Assembly: GCA_963702845.1 (NCBI GenBank)
Contig: OY969763.1
Location: 5,376,001 to 5,440,000 of the forward strand
Length of the DNA stretch: 64,000 bases
Source: an uncultured Verrucomicrobiae bacterium
Lineage (GTDB): Bacteria > Verrucomicrobiota > Verrucomicrobiia > Limisphaerales > Palsa-1400
Reading direction: 5' to 3'
Part shown: positions 23,414-33,224 of the stretch, piece by piece
Numbering within the stretch: the first letter of the stretch is position 1
Layout of the letters: the number at the start of each line of letters is the position of its first letter
Made by a program: the position numbers and the translations under genes
The notes under the pieces: generated by a model
What the model was told of the DNA's origin: nothing
What the model saw: the letters and a program-made list of their open reading frames with translations, nothing else
Database searches by the model: none

Positions 23414-24106
23414 ATGATGAATATTCGAAAATCAAATGAACGAGGCCACGCCGAACATGGTTGGCTCGACTCCTATCACACATTCAGTTTTGCGGATTAC
23501 TACGATCCCAAATGGATGGGCTATCGTACGTTGCGCGTTATCAACGACGACCTCGTCATGCCTGGCCAGGGCTTCGGCATGCATCCGCATCGTGACATGG
23601 AAATCGTTACCTACATCCTGAGCGGGGCACTGCAGCACAAAGACTCCATGGGCAATGGCCGTGTCATCCGGCCCGGCGACTTCCAATATATGTCGGCCGG
23701 CACCGGCGTGTTGCACAGCGAATTCAATCCGTCGACGGAGGAAGCTGTGCGCCTGTTGCAAATCTGGATCATGCCCGACGAAAAAGGTGTGAAACCGGGC
23801 TATGCCGAAAAATCGTTCGCCAAAGCGCCCGCTGGTTTCTACCTCGTTACGAGCAAGACCGGACGCGATGGATCGATCGGCGTCCATCAGGATGCGGACC
23901 TCTGGTTGGCCAAGTTCGACGGGACCAATCACGTGAGCCACAAACTCGCGCCCGGCCGCAACGCCTGGGTCCACGTCGCTGAAGGTGAAGTCACCATCAA
24001 TGGTAAGAAACTGTCCGTTGGCGATGCCGCAGCGGTCACCGACGAGAAAGCAATCGAACTGAGTGCCAACAAACCCGCACAGGTTCTCTTGTTCGATTTG
24101 AACTGA
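23414..24106 (+). CDS. Pirin family protein (YhhW-like)
   Basis: HGWLDSYHTFSFADYYDP, GMHPHRDMEI and MSAGTGVLHSEFN motifs. Confidence 0.96.
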   Translation: MMNIRKSNERGHAEHGWLDSYHTFSFADYYDPKWMGYRTLRVINDDLVMPGQGFGMHPHRDMEIVTYILSGALQHKDSMGNGRVIRPGDFQYMSAGTGVLHSEFNPSTEEAVRLLQIWIMPDEKGVKPGYAEKSFAKAPAGFYLVTSKTGRDGSIGVHQDADLWLAKFDGTNHVSHKLAPGRNAWVHVAEGEVTINGKKLSVGDAAAVTDEKAIELSANKPAQVLLFDLN

Positions 24107-24112
24107 AACAAC

Positions 24113-24142
24113 AACGCCGCGTTCCGAAAGGAGCGCGGCGTT
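24113..24142 (+). terminator. Strong intergenic hairpin (possible terminator or mRNA-stability element)
   Basis: AACGCCGCGTTCC-GAAA-GGAGCGCGGCGTT; the U-tract is weak. Confidence 0.5.
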
Positions 24143-24179
24143 AAACCAACTAAAACTAATTAATCACAAACCAAAACAT

Positions 24180-24932
24180 ATGAATACCAATACAAATAAA
24201 CTTGCAGGCAAGGTCGCTCTCGTCACCGGCGGTTCGCGCAGCATTGGTGCGGCGATCGTAAAACGGCTCGCGTCCGACGGTGCTGCTGTAGCATTCACTT
24301 ACAGTTCTTCCAAGGCCAAGGCCGATGAAGTTGTGACCCAAATTCAATCCGCTGGTGGTAAAGCGATCGCGATTGAGGCCGATTCCGGTAATGAGGCAGC
24401 CGTGCGCGCCGCCGTAAAAGAGACCGTCAAAACCTTTGGCGCTTTGGATATCCTGGTCAACAACGCCGGCGCGTTGGCAATCGCGCCAATCGACCAATTT
24501 AAAACCGAAGACTTCGACAAACTCATCGCCGTCAACGTGCGCGGTGTCTTCATTGCCATTCAGGAATCGTCACAGCATCTTCGCGATGGCGGGCGCATTA
24601 TCAACATCGGCAGCACTAACAGCGACCGTATGCCTTTCGCCGGCGGTTCTGTTTACGCCCTTACAAAAGGTGCAATCGCCGCTTTCACCAAGGGCCTTGC
24701 GCGCGACCTTGGCGCGCGTGCAATCACAGTCAACAACGTTCAGCCCGGTCCGGTCGACACAGACATGAACCCTGCAACAACCGATTTTGCCAAAGCCACC
24801 CTTCCGCTGCTGGCTGTCGGCCGCTACGGACGCACCGAAGAAATCGCCAGTTTCGTTGCGTATCTTGCCAGTCCCGAAGCGAGCTACATCACCGGCGCGA
24901 GTCTTACTGCCGACGGTGGCTACTCAGCGTAA
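24180..24932 (+). CDS. Short-chain dehydrogenase/reductase
   Basis: TGGSRSIG, NNAG, YALTK and QPGPVDTDMNP motifs. Confidence 0.96.
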   Translation: MNTNTNKLAGKVALVTGGSRSIGAAIVKRLASDGAAVAFTYSSSKAKADEVVTQIQSAGGKAIAIEADSGNEAAVRAAVKETVKTFGALDILVNNAGALAIAPIDQFKTEDFDKLIAVNVRGVFIAIQESSQHLRDGGRIINIGSTNSDRMPFAGGSVYALTKGAIAAFTKGLARDLGARAITVNNVQPGPVDTDMNPATTDFAKATLPLLAVGRYGRTEEIASFVAYLASPEASYITGASLTADGGYSA

Positions 24933-24981
24933 CTCTCCATCACCTGAACTCTGAAGTACAATAATAACCACAGACCATCCA

Positions 24982-25479
24982 ATGAAACCAAACATCCTTA
25001 AAACGAACGACACCACGCTCCCCACCATTGCCCGCTTAACGCTAGGCATAGTCATGTTCCCACACGGTGCTCAAAAAGTCCTCGGCTGGTTTGGCGGCTA
25101 CGGCTTTAGCGGCACGATGAACTTCTTCACCGGCCAGATGCACATCCCGGCGGCGTTCGCCTTTCTCGCCATTGCCGCTGAATTTGCTGGTTCACTTGGC
25201 CTGATAACCGGCTTCCTCTCGCGCATCGCTGCATTCGGAATCGCAATGAACATGATTGTTGCTGTCGTGATGGTTCATGCCGGGAACGGGTTTTTCATGA
25301 ACTGGTTCGGCAACCAAAAAGGCGAAGGCATCGAATATCACATCCTCGCAATCGGACTCGCCTTGATCGTCATGAGTGCGGGCGCCGGAAAACTCTCCGT
25401 CGACCGAGCCCTGACCGCCGAAAAGCAGCCGCATAACGCCCTTTCAAAAACCCAGTCTGTCCCTGTTGCCAATTCTTGA
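24982..25479 (+). CDS. DoxX family membrane protein
   Basis: PHGAQKVLGWFGGYG and GFFMNWFGNQKGEGIEYH motifs. Confidence 0.93.
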   Translation: MKPNILKTNDTTLPTIARLTLGIVMFPHGAQKVLGWFGGYGFSGTMNFFTGQMHIPAAFAFLAIAAEFAGSLGLITGFLSRIAAFGIAMNMIVAVVMVHAGNGFFMNWFGNQKGEGIEYHILAIGLALIVMSAGAGKLSVDRALTAEKQPHNALSKTQSVPVANS

Positions 25480-25518
25480 CTTTAACGGGTGAACCTTGGA
25501 CATTACCACGCTCTGGTC

Positions 25519-25604
25519 GGTAGGTTACCCAAGTGGCCAACGGGGGCAGACTGTAAATCTGCTGGCTTACGCCTTCGATGGTTCGAATCCATCACCTACC
25601 ACCA
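25519..25604 (+). tRNA. tRNA-Tyr(GTA)
   Basis: Acceptor stem GGTAGGT/ACCTACC, anticodon loop CTGTAAA, long variable arm, TTCGAAT T-loop, encoded CCA. Confidence 0.97.
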
Positions 25605-25666
25605 TCTTTTCTTTTTGAGCGCGAAGCCTTGTGCGCCTTCTTTTGTGGGTCCCTTTTCACTTTGAT

Positions 25667-26785
25667 TTAACTAGCCAGCAATTCGCTGAGATGCGACATC
25701 GTCGGGACGCGGTCACTGATAACTTTGATTGATACCAGGATCGGGACGGACAGGAGCGCACCAGGAATTCCCCAGAGCGCTGTCCAAAAAATCAGCGAGA
25801 CGAAGATGACGACGGGATTAAGAGTGAACCGGCGCCCAAGCAGGATGGGCGTAATCAAGTTTGATTCAAGTAGATGGAGTAGTAAATACCAAGCGGGTGG
25901 AAGCAGGGCTTGCCACAAGGATGTTTCGAATGTGAGGAGACCGACCGCTGCCAGCAGAAGCACCCCAGCGACCGGACCGAAGTAGGGGACGAAGTTGAAG
26001 GACGCCACCAAAATGCCCCAAAGCGCGGCGTTGGGGACGCCAGCGAAATAAAGGCCGGCGCTGACTGCGATGCCGAGGCCGACGTTGATAAGGGTGATAG
26101 AGAAAAAATAATTGGAAATGCTCTGCTGAATCTCGTGACTGATCTCAACGGCGTTTTTCTTGTTGCTCAATGTCGGCATCATCCGCACGAGCTTCTGCAA
26201 AAACAAATCGCCGGAAGCGAGCAGGAGATAGAGCAGCACCAGTGTTTCGCCGATTCCTATCATAAACGTCTCGGTCCAATTCAGAAACGAAGTCGGGGCA
26301 GAAGTATTCTTGAGCTGGACGGTCGGCGTTTTCTTTTGTTCCGCTTTTTTTTCGGCCTCGGTAGCTCCGAGATTGCTTACGGCGGCGGCGGCATCGCTGA
26401 AGCGCGCGCTGGGTGGGAGAATTTTTTGGACGCGTTGGCGCAGGTCTGTCATGTGTTGTGGCGCGTCGTTGATCCAGGCGACGGCAGGATGGCCGAGTTT
26501 GTAAAAACCAAATCCGGCGGCCGCAACGACGCAACTAAGCACGATCGCCGCCGAGAGCGCAGGGGGAATGTGACAGTAAGACATCCAGCGGATCACTGGT
26601 TTCAAAGTCATTGCCGCTACACAAGCCAGGAAGATCGGCAACATGACAGGGCGCGCGAGATAAAGCAGAGGAATCGCGCCAAGCAAAAGCAAGACGACTT
26701 GCAGCGACGGGGCTTTGGTCGGGACAAAAGGTGCGACAACGGCTTCCTCTTTTGCGTCAGCCAGCGGGATTATTTCTGCATTCAT
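25667..26785 (-). CDS. AI-2E family transporter
   Basis: Multi-TM protein with FNFVPYFGP, LESNLITPILLGRRFTLNPV and WGIPGALLSVP. Confidence 0.93.
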   Translation of the reverse strand: MNAEIIPLADAKEEAVVAPFVPTKAPSLQVVLLLLGAIPLLYLARPVMLPIFLACVAAMTLKPVIRWMSYCHIPPALSAAIVLSCVVAAAGFGFYKLGHPAVAWINDAPQHMTDLRQRVQKILPPSARFSDAAAAVSNLGATEAEKKAEQKKTPTVQLKNTSAPTSFLNWTETFMIGIGETLVLLYLLLASGDLFLQKLVRMMPTLSNKKNAVEISHEIQQSISNYFFSITLINVGLGIAVSAGLYFAGVPNAALWGILVASFNFVPYFGPVAGVLLLAAVGLLTFETSLWQALLPPAWYLLLHLLESNLITPILLGRRFTLNPVVIFVSLIFWTALWGIPGALLSVPILVSIKVISDRVPTMSHLSELLAS

Positions 26786-26791
26786 AAGAAA

Positions 26792-27097
26792 TCACGGGCG
26801 ACGTGACCGGTAGGCGAGCCAGACGGATCCGGCCAACTTCGCGCCTTTGAAAATTGTGTTGAGCCACGATGATTTGCCGGTGGACGGTTCGGGATTGCGA
26901 AGTGGAAATGCGGACACGAGCAACGTCGCTGCTGAAGCGAGTGAGCCGACAGACTTGACGCGATCGGTCAAAGTGCGGACGCCGTTGGAAATTTCCTGCC
27001 ATTCGTCGAGCATTTCGGCGCGGTTGATTTCGCTTTCCGCGATCAAAAGTTGTTTGCGCGTCTGCAGCGGATTTACTCGAGGTTTTGTTCCAAACAT
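26792..27097 (-). CDS. Small YqjK-like protein
   Basis: RKQLLIAESEINR; third gene of a yqjD/E/K-like cluster. Confidence 0.6.
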   Translation of the reverse strand: MFGTKPRVNPLQTRKQLLIAESEINRAEMLDEWQEISNGVRTLTDRVKSVGSLASAATLLVSAFPLRNPEPSTGKSSWLNTIFKGAKLAGSVWLAYRSRRP

Positions 27098-27462
27098 GCG
27101 CGGTCCTTTCTGAGTTGGTCGAGCGTAGCCGGAAGGTTTTGCCAATCGCGCAGCAGCACGCTCAGACGGTGATAGAGAAAACCGGCAGCCGCAGCATAAA
27201 AGACGATCAGGGCCAGGAGCACTGACACGGGCGACTGGTTCCAAAACAAAACTACAATCAGCGCGGTGAAGGCCACCCCGGCAAGGAGACCCATGGCCGC
27301 TGCGGCGAGCGCCAGCAAAATTGCGCGCACAAGGCGTTCGCGTTCTTCCTGGACTTCGACCATCAACAATTCGATGCGGTTCTCGCCGATGGTGAGCAGG
27401 CGCCGCGCGAATTGCTTCGACGCAGCGCCGAGTTGACCGAAACTGACGGTGGTTTCCTCCAT
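27073..27462 (-). CDS. YqjE / 'phage holin family' membrane protein
   Basis: NRIELLMVEVQEER, two TM helices, ATLDQLRKDR. Confidence 0.85.
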   Translation of the reverse strand: MEETTVSFGQLGAASKQFARRLLTIGENRIELLMVEVQEERERLVRAILLALAAAAMGLLAGVAFTALIVVLFWNQSPVSVLLALIVFYAAAAGFLYHRLSVLLRDWQNLPATLDQLRKDRACLEQNLE

Positions 27463-27466
27463 ACGA

Positions 27467-27772
27467 TCAATCCTTTGCGCGAACAACGGCGCGCGATGCA
27501 GGAAACCGAGAATGGCTCCGACGCCGACGCCGATGGCGATCGCTTGATAAGGATTTTCGCGCACGGTTTTATCGGCGGCTTTTGCTCCTTCAACCGCTTT
27601 GTCGCGAACGTCGCCATAAATTTCTTTGCCGCGTTCGAGCGCAACTGACGAGGCGCTTGCGAGCGTCGTTGACTTTTTCTCCGGCGACATCAGCGGTGGC
27701 AGACATCAAGGCACGCGCGTCTTCGGCCAACTGGCCCATGTCGTTACTGATAGTTTGTGTTTGTTTGTTCAT
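27467..27772 (-). CDS. ElaB/YqjD (DUF883) family protein (frameshifted)
   Basis: LAEDARALMSATADVAGEK and ADKTVRENPYQAIAIGVGVGAILG lie in adjacent frames. Confidence 0.88.
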
Positions 27773-27859
27773 ATTTTTGAAAATGGTTTAGCTTCGGAGC
27801 CGCAAAATTTTCGCGACTCTGACTGGCAGCAGGGTAGGCATAGCCACGGAGATTCACTA

Positions 27860-27875
27860 TGGGGTGTACACCCCA
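27860..27875. promoter_or_regulatory. Perfect 16-bp palindrome, candidate transcription factor site
   Basis: TGGGGTGTACACCCCA about 90 bp upstream of the elaB-like start; related sites occur elsewhere in the window. Confidence 0.6.
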
Positions 27876-27915
27876 GCCGAAGACATTTGGGTCGTTCGTT
27901 TGATGGAGTAGTGAG

Positions 27916-27944
27916 ACGGACGACGCAGCGCGATCGTCCCTACC
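27916..27944 (-). repeat. GTAG-type REP-like hairpin, copy 1
   Basis: Minus strand GGTAGGGACGATCGCGCTGCGTCGTCCGT; 27/29 identical to 28432-28460. Confidence 0.7.
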
Positions 27945-28096
27945 TTTCATAAAAGCGGTTCGGTGTAGTCGCATGTAAAAATGACCGAATGTGACCATTT
28001 TTGAAAAATGATGGTTGAGAGCCGTTCAGTGTTCTGATCACTGAATCGCACCAAGTGGCACTAAACGGCACCGAATGGCACCGAAAAATGTTTTAC

Positions 28097-28148
28097 TGAC
28101 GAGTGACGAGTGACGAGTGACGAGTGACGAGTGACGAGTGACGAGTGA
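28097..28148. repeat. Heptamer tandem repeat (TGACGAG)x7
   Basis: Seven perfect copies plus TGA. Confidence 0.97.
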
Positions 28149-28206
28149 TCAGCAACGGCCCGTGGGAAGAGACCGCCCGCGCTTGCCTTTTTCCGGATTG
28201 GCAGAC

Positions 28207-28287
28207 ACCGCAGTGAACCGCACTGAACCGCACTGAACCGCACTGAACCGCACTGAACCGCACTGAACCGCACTGAACCGCACTGAA
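28207..28287. repeat. Decamer tandem repeat (ACCGCACTGA)x8
   Basis: Seven perfect copies preceded by one single-mismatch copy. Confidence 0.97.
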
Positions 28288-28429
28288 TTTGCGAAAATTT
28301 CACACCTTTCGGTTTCGTTGCGCGCATGATCTTGGTTCGGCTGCCGGCAAGTAGCGCGGCTTGTTGATGGTTGATTGTCGACATGTTGGTGGATTTCACT
28401 TTTGTTCGCGTTTAACTTTGTCAGTGACT

Positions 28430-29593
28430 TCACGGACGGCGCAGCGCGACCGTCCCTACCAGTTGATTCGATTGCGTGTCTTGAACGTGAGATGGTGTGA
28501 CGGCGGAGGAGGTTTGGTTTTTAGTTTCTGGCCGCGGGGAAGGTTGGCCATAGACCCGTTTTAGGGCATCGGCGAATTGGATTCGGAGCGATGATTTGGC
28601 GGAATCTGTGGTCTCGGAAACATCGGATGCGGACAGAGCGAGTCGACCGATGGTTGAGGAAGTGTTCAAAGCCTGGGCGACTTGTGAGAGCGTCATCTTC
28701 TCCACCTGTTGCTCGCCACAAGTTTCCAAATAGCATTCAACCGCGGAGAGCATTTTTTGTGCGGCGGTCCATTCCTGACGGCGAAAGTGTGCCATGCGAG
28801 CGGCCCGTTCGGCCGCTTCTTCCTGCTGCGCGGCGGCCTCGGCAGCGGCTTGTTGCTGCAGAATGCCAGCATTGAACGCGTGGATACGGTCGTTCCAATT
28901 GAACTTGCTCGACCATCTTTTGATTGCGTCGATGCTTTCATCCAATTTATCGGTGACTGCTGGCAGTGAGCGGGTGTGGCCGAGTTGGAAGAAAGTGATG
29001 AAGGCGCTATAGGCGCGAGGGCTTTCGCCGGGGAAACGAGGGAACGATTTAAAGTCAGAATTCAAAATGCAGAATTCAGAATTCTTTGGCGCGGCTGCGC
29101 TCGCTTCGTTGGGTGTTGATCCGCCTACGTCGCACTTCGGCGCGACGAGCGGTTGCTCGATGAACGATTCGGAAGTTTTTGGAGGTTCGGAAATTGCAGT
29201 TTGGGCACCGACAAAGGGTCGGGTCACGCCAAGAAATGGCATCGATTGTCGAGCGCCGCCTCCGGAGTTACGTAACGTGGGATCGGCAGCAGGGCAGACT
29301 GGGTGCGGCTGAGTAAGTTGGTTGCTTTGTTCGGTGCAGGACTGAGAATTTGGTTCGTCGTGAATTTCCGCGTTCGCCAAGGGAATGATCGACGGGCCGG
29401 ATGCCGGACCTCGGACAGATGACTGTCGGGGAGGGCCGCCGTCGACAATTCGAGGTCGGCGGTCAATTTGTTCGTCACTACGCTCGGAACTCAGTTCGTT
29501 CGGTGTTGAAGCATCGGAAATATTCATATTTGCCGCCCATGTTACAAAAGTCACTTGGACAGTTACGGGGTGTCGCTCGAGAAAGTTATTCAC
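28430..29593 (-). CDS. Hypothetical protein with phage terminase-small-subunit-like HTH domain; start uncertain
   Basis: PGESPRAYSAFITFFQLGHTRSL...IKRWSSKFNWNDRIHAFN followed by a coiled coil; long low-complexity N-terminus. Confidence 0.55.
   Translation of the reverse strand: MNNFLERHPVTVQVTFVTWAANMNISDASTPNELSSERSDEQIDRRPRIVDGGPPRQSSVRGPASGPSIIPLANAEIHDEPNSQSCTEQSNQLTQPHPVCPAADPTLRNSGGGARQSMPFLGVTRPFVGAQTAISEPPKTSESFIEQPLVAPKCDVGGSTPNEASAAAPKNSEFCILNSDFKSFPRFPGESPRAYSAFITFFQLGHTRSLPAVTDKLDESIDAIKRWSSKFNWNDRIHAFNAGILQQQAAAEAAAQQEEAAERAARMAHFRRQEWTAAQKMLSAVECYLETCGEQQVEKMTLSQVAQALNTSSTIGRLALSASDVSETTDSAKSSLRIQFADALKRVYGQPSPRPETKNQTSSAVTPSHVQDTQSNQLVGTVALRRP
28432..28460 (-). repeat. GTAG-type REP-like hairpin, copy 2
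   Basis: Minus strand GGTAGGGACGGTCGCGCTGCGCCGTCCGT. Confidence 0.7.
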
Positions 29594-29956
29594 AACCTGT
29601 GAATTTCGCTTAAACCATTGATGGGAAGGTTGTTTTATTTACAAAAACTTTTCAAAATGGGGGTTGAAGAGCTAGGTTTGAGGCTTAAAAGGGCAAACCC
29701 TGGGCTGGAGGCTGCAACCGCATTGGGGTTGCGCGAGCATGGGTTGGATGACGGGAAGGGCGGGGTGGCGGGTTCTCCTCGCTCCCAGCGGGCATGGTCG
29801 TCAGCGAAATCCTGGCGTACCATGTGGCCGATCGATAATCCTTATCTGACAAACCGCAGTGTGATTCATTTCCAAATGAAGGCAGTTTTTCTAATGACTC
29901 AACACTTGCTAAAAATGGGGCACTTGAAGAAGCTTTTTGCAAGCGAGTGACCCTCC

Positions 29957-31885
29957 ATGGAAAGCAACCGCCAACCGGAATCCGAAGATAACAAATTGCG
30001 GCAACGGCTCGAGGAGTGCCGGTTGCGGGCGCGTCAATTGGACGCCGCGACCCGTGCTCCCGCCAATCTGCCGCTGATCGACGAGCCGCCTCCGCTGACC
30101 TTGCCGATGCGGAAACCTTTTTTGCCGGGCTCGATTTTAACGACTTTATTCCGCCATCCGAAAAACGGGCGGACTATCATCTTCAAGCCGGATGAGTTGT
30201 CCCAACTGGACAACATGAAGAGCAATTATTTGCTTAAATATTACCAGGACCAGGGTCTGTTCCTGCCTGAAGTCGCGGGCCGTCTGCAAAAGGCGATGGA
30301 CGATTGCGGCGCTCGATTCGGACGTTTCTTGCGCCACGGCGATTGGCGGGCCACCGTGTTTCAATATGATTCCGGCAAAGAAGCGGATCTGTTGCAGGCA
30401 CTGCTTCAGTTGCGTCTTTTGGTGGAATGCATCGAAATCTTAACGCCGCCTCTTCTCACCATCAAACGCCTCGCCGATGAAGAATTCGACCTGATCGATG
30501 ATCTCAACGATTTGACGCGTCTACTTATCTTTTCGTTGTGGGACCGAATCATGGACGGCTGTTCCGAACCGTTAAGCTACGGTTCGCTCGCCTTGTGCAT
30601 CGCCGGAACGAGCCCCAAATCAGCTGACGCTGTCGCCATGTTGGAATCCGGCTATGCGGCGAGCAACGGTGATCCCGAAGCTTTCAAGAGATGGCTGGGT
30701 AAAGGCAATGGCCGCAAAGCCATCGACCAGATCAAAAATATTTTGCGCGAGATAGACAAACACGGCCTCGACGAATTGCTTTCACTGCTCACCCGCCATG
30801 CGCTCGACCTTGGTTTGCAACCAGTGACGATCGAGTTCGCCCAGCAGACGCTGCAAAACGTCATTTCGACGCTTGTTTCCCTGGACGGGGAAACATCCGA
30901 ACCCGAGCGGCGTCGCAGCGCGGTATTGGCCGCACAATTCACGGAAGTTTCACGCCGATATGCGGCAAACTTTTCGGCCGGCAATGCGGATCCGAAAGTC
31001 AGTGAAGAAGATTTAAATGCCATCATGGCAGAATTGGATGCCATGGTGGGCATGGACGCGGTCAAACACGACATTCATCGCGCGACCAGCTTCGCGCGTG
31101 TGCAAATGCTGCGGCGCGAACAAGGGCTGCCGGTCGTCCAGGCCAGTCTTCACAGCGTATTCCTCGGCAACCCGGGCACTGGCAAAACCACTGTCGCCCG
31201 GTTGATGGGACGAATCTATAAATCTCTCGGACTCCTCAAGCGCGGGCATGTCGTCGAATGCGATCGAGGCCGGCTCGTCGCCGAATACGTTGGCCAAACC
31301 GCTGTGCGAACTCACGCAGTCATCGACTCCGCGCTCGATGGTATCCTGTTCATCGATGAAGCCTACAACCTGGCTGGGCGCGGCGAGGAAGATTTCGGTG
31401 GTGAAGCGATCGAAACATTGCTTAAACGGATGGAAGATGACCGTAACCGGTTGATCGTGATCGTGGCCGGTTACCCTGAGTTGATGCAGGAGTTCATCAA
31501 TTCCAATCCAGGGTTGGAATCGAGATTCACCAACTATTTAAAATTCGAGGATTATCGACCCGAGCAATTGCAGGAAATCTTTCGGCGTATGACTGCGCAA
31601 AGCGGCCTGACCTGTTCGCCGGAAGCGGACCGAAAAGTGGTCGAGGTCTGTGCGCGGCTTTATGCGCAGAGAAACGAGCAATTCGGCAACGCCCGCGCCA
31701 TGCGCAACTTCTTCGAGCTGGCCGTCCGAAACCAGAGCATGCGCGTAATCACCAGCGGCCGAACCGATCGCGAGGCCCTGACATTACTGCAACCAGAAGA
31801 CTTGCCCGGCGATGTCGAAATTACGATACCCGGTCCGCTGGAGCGTGAGACACAAAAGTCGAGGATCGCTTCACGGCCGAATTAA
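29957..31885 (+). CDS. CbxX/CfxQ (SpoVK/EccA-like) AAA+ ATPase with unknown N-terminal domain
   Basis: Walker A GNPGTGKT, LVAEYVGQTA, Walker B ILFIDEAY, SNPGLESRF and FGNARAMRN. Confidence 0.92.
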   Translation: MESNRQPESEDNKLRQRLEECRLRARQLDAATRAPANLPLIDEPPPLTLPMRKPFLPGSILTTLFRHPKNGRTIIFKPDELSQLDNMKSNYLLKYYQDQGLFLPEVAGRLQKAMDDCGARFGRFLRHGDWRATVFQYDSGKEADLLQALLQLRLLVECIEILTPPLLTIKRLADEEFDLIDDLNDLTRLLIFSLWDRIMDGCSEPLSYGSLALCIAGTSPKSADAVAMLESGYAASNGDPEAFKRWLGKGNGRKAIDQIKNILREIDKHGLDELLSLLTRHALDLGLQPVTIEFAQQTLQNVISTLVSLDGETSEPERRRSAVLAAQFTEVSRRYAANFSAGNADPKVSEEDLNAIMAELDAMVGMDAVKHDIHRATSFARVQMLRREQGLPVVQASLHSVFLGNPGTGKTTVARLMGRIYKSLGLLKRGHVVECDRGRLVAEYVGQTAVRTHAVIDSALDGILFIDEAYNLAGRGEEDFGGEAIETLLKRMEDDRNRLIVIVAGYPELMQEFINSNPGLESRFTNYLKFEDYRPEQLQEIFRRMTAQSGLTCSPEADRKVVEVCARLYAQRNEQFGNARAMRNFFELAVRNQSMRVITSGRTDREALTLLQPEDLPGDVEITIPGPLERETQKSRIASRPN

Positions 31886-32030
31886 CTGACTTCTTAGGAG
31901 GCATTAATTCTTAATTTTTAAATCTTAATTTCTTCTGTCCTGTTGGATCGCGCTGAATAGTTCAGCCGTGATGACGGCGAATGCTGCGTTTCCCGCACTT
32001 GTCAATACTAAGAACCGACCCCTTTTTGAG

Positions 32031-33224
32031 CTACCCTTCTACAACTCTCGCCGTCTCGCGGTCATATCGAAAGTTTTCTAAGGTGCCTTCGATGAGTTTG
32101 TCGATTGCTTGTTCGATCGCAGGCAATGGGACAAGAAACCATTCCCTTGGTTCGACTTGGCCACCAAAGCGGTCTTTTAATTCCAAATCCAAACGAGCGC
32201 CTTGGAAAAACTTATGCAGAAGTGCTTCAAGTCGTTTCCGGTTGATATTCGCCAGTTTAAAAGTTGCTACGATTTCCACGTCCGCAAGTAGATATGTAGG
32301 ATCCCGTTTGGCACTACCGACGCGAGTTTTTATATCCGCGCCGGTCACACCAATTTTGTGAATAACCGACCTATGCTCTGCTACGAATGGGTGTTCTGAT
32401 TTGCTTCGCAATACATAGATGTATCCGGTTGGCAGGTCATCGGGTTCCTCGATGCCAGAAAAAAGCGGCCCGAAATCTCGAGGCATGATGCGCCGGCTGG
32501 CTTTGTCCTTGTTTAAAGCACGCTGCAACGAACGAAGGAGAAGGTCGCTTTCGGTAGCATTGTCATAAATGACGCGCAGCCTGCGATCAGGGCGGCCGTA
32601 ATCGGTTACAAAAGGCTCGTCCATTTCAGCAACAACTATCTTTTGCCCATCCAAGATGAAGAGGTCGCCCTTTTTGACTTCGGCGTTGTCCTCGTATTTC
32701 GTTGTTTGTCTCTGTCCTTCTTTGAGCTCGCTTTGAACTTGCTCGAAGATCAGTTGGAAATCGGCGAAGTCTTTGCAGGGATTTCGCTGAGCGATTTCTT
32801 CTGCGGCTTTTATTTCGTCGCGGGGCCGAACGTGTACGAGCTTGGTGACATCATCTTTCGGTTCAACGTCAACGCCGAGCATCGACAGCAAAGCCTCGTC
32901 GGTAGGTTCGTCTTTCAACTGCGCAACGGCATGATCTGCTTCAGCACCAAGCAATCCGCGTGAATCCAACTCTCGTAACACCGCGCGACATTCTGCCGAC
33001 GCGCGAATTTGATCGAGCCGAACAGCGTAAAGACGCTCGAAAATGTCGCGATTTTCTCCATGCTGAGGTACACGCCCATTTTCCTCAATGAATTGAACAA
33101 TTTCCTCATAGCCGGCAATGATGCGCTGTTCTCGGGCAGGCCGCCCGCCGCTCGAAGTGGGTTCGGTATCGACACCAAGTTCGCCTAAAAGGTCCAAGTC
33201 ATCGTCGTTAATACGGTCAGCCAT
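32031..33224 (-). CDS. YeeC-like GIY-YIG (T5orf172-type) nuclease family protein
   Basis: GYIYVLRS...HKIGVT...LEALLHKFF...PREWF. Confidence 0.9.
   Translation of the reverse strand: MADRINDDDLDLLGELGVDTEPTSSGGRPAREQRIIAGYEEIVQFIEENGRVPQHGENRDIFERLYAVRLDQIRASAECRAVLRELDSRGLLGAEADHAVAQLKDEPTDEALLSMLGVDVEPKDDVTKLVHVRPRDEIKAAEEIAQRNPCKDFADFQLIFEQVQSELKEGQRQTTKYEDNAEVKKGDLFILDGQKIVVAEMDEPFVTDYGRPDRRLRVIYDNATESDLLLRSLQRALNKDKASRRIMPRDFGPLFSGIEEPDDLPTGYIYVLRSKSEHPFVAEHRSVIHKIGVTGADIKTRVGSAKRDPTYLLADVEIVATFKLANINRKRLEALLHKFFQGARLDLELKDRFGGQVEPREWFLVPLPAIEQAIDKLIEGTLENFRYDRETARVVEG

Noticed and set aside
27073..27462. Holin as evidence of a prophage lysis cassette
   Set aside because: The context is yqjD/E/K-like stress genes, with no endolysin nearby.
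28038..28287. Possible CRISPR array
   Set aside because: Units are 7 or 10 bp, head to tail, with no spacers and no cas genes.
28061..28433. ORFs with SAVQCGSVRF and SSLVTRH repeats
   Set aside because: These are translations of microsatellites that lack stops; there is no other coding evidence.
29618..29950. ORFs between the TerS-like gene and the AAA ATPase
   Set aside because: They overlap a CCCTGGGCTG REP-like element and AT-rich promoter-like DNA, with no recognisable product.
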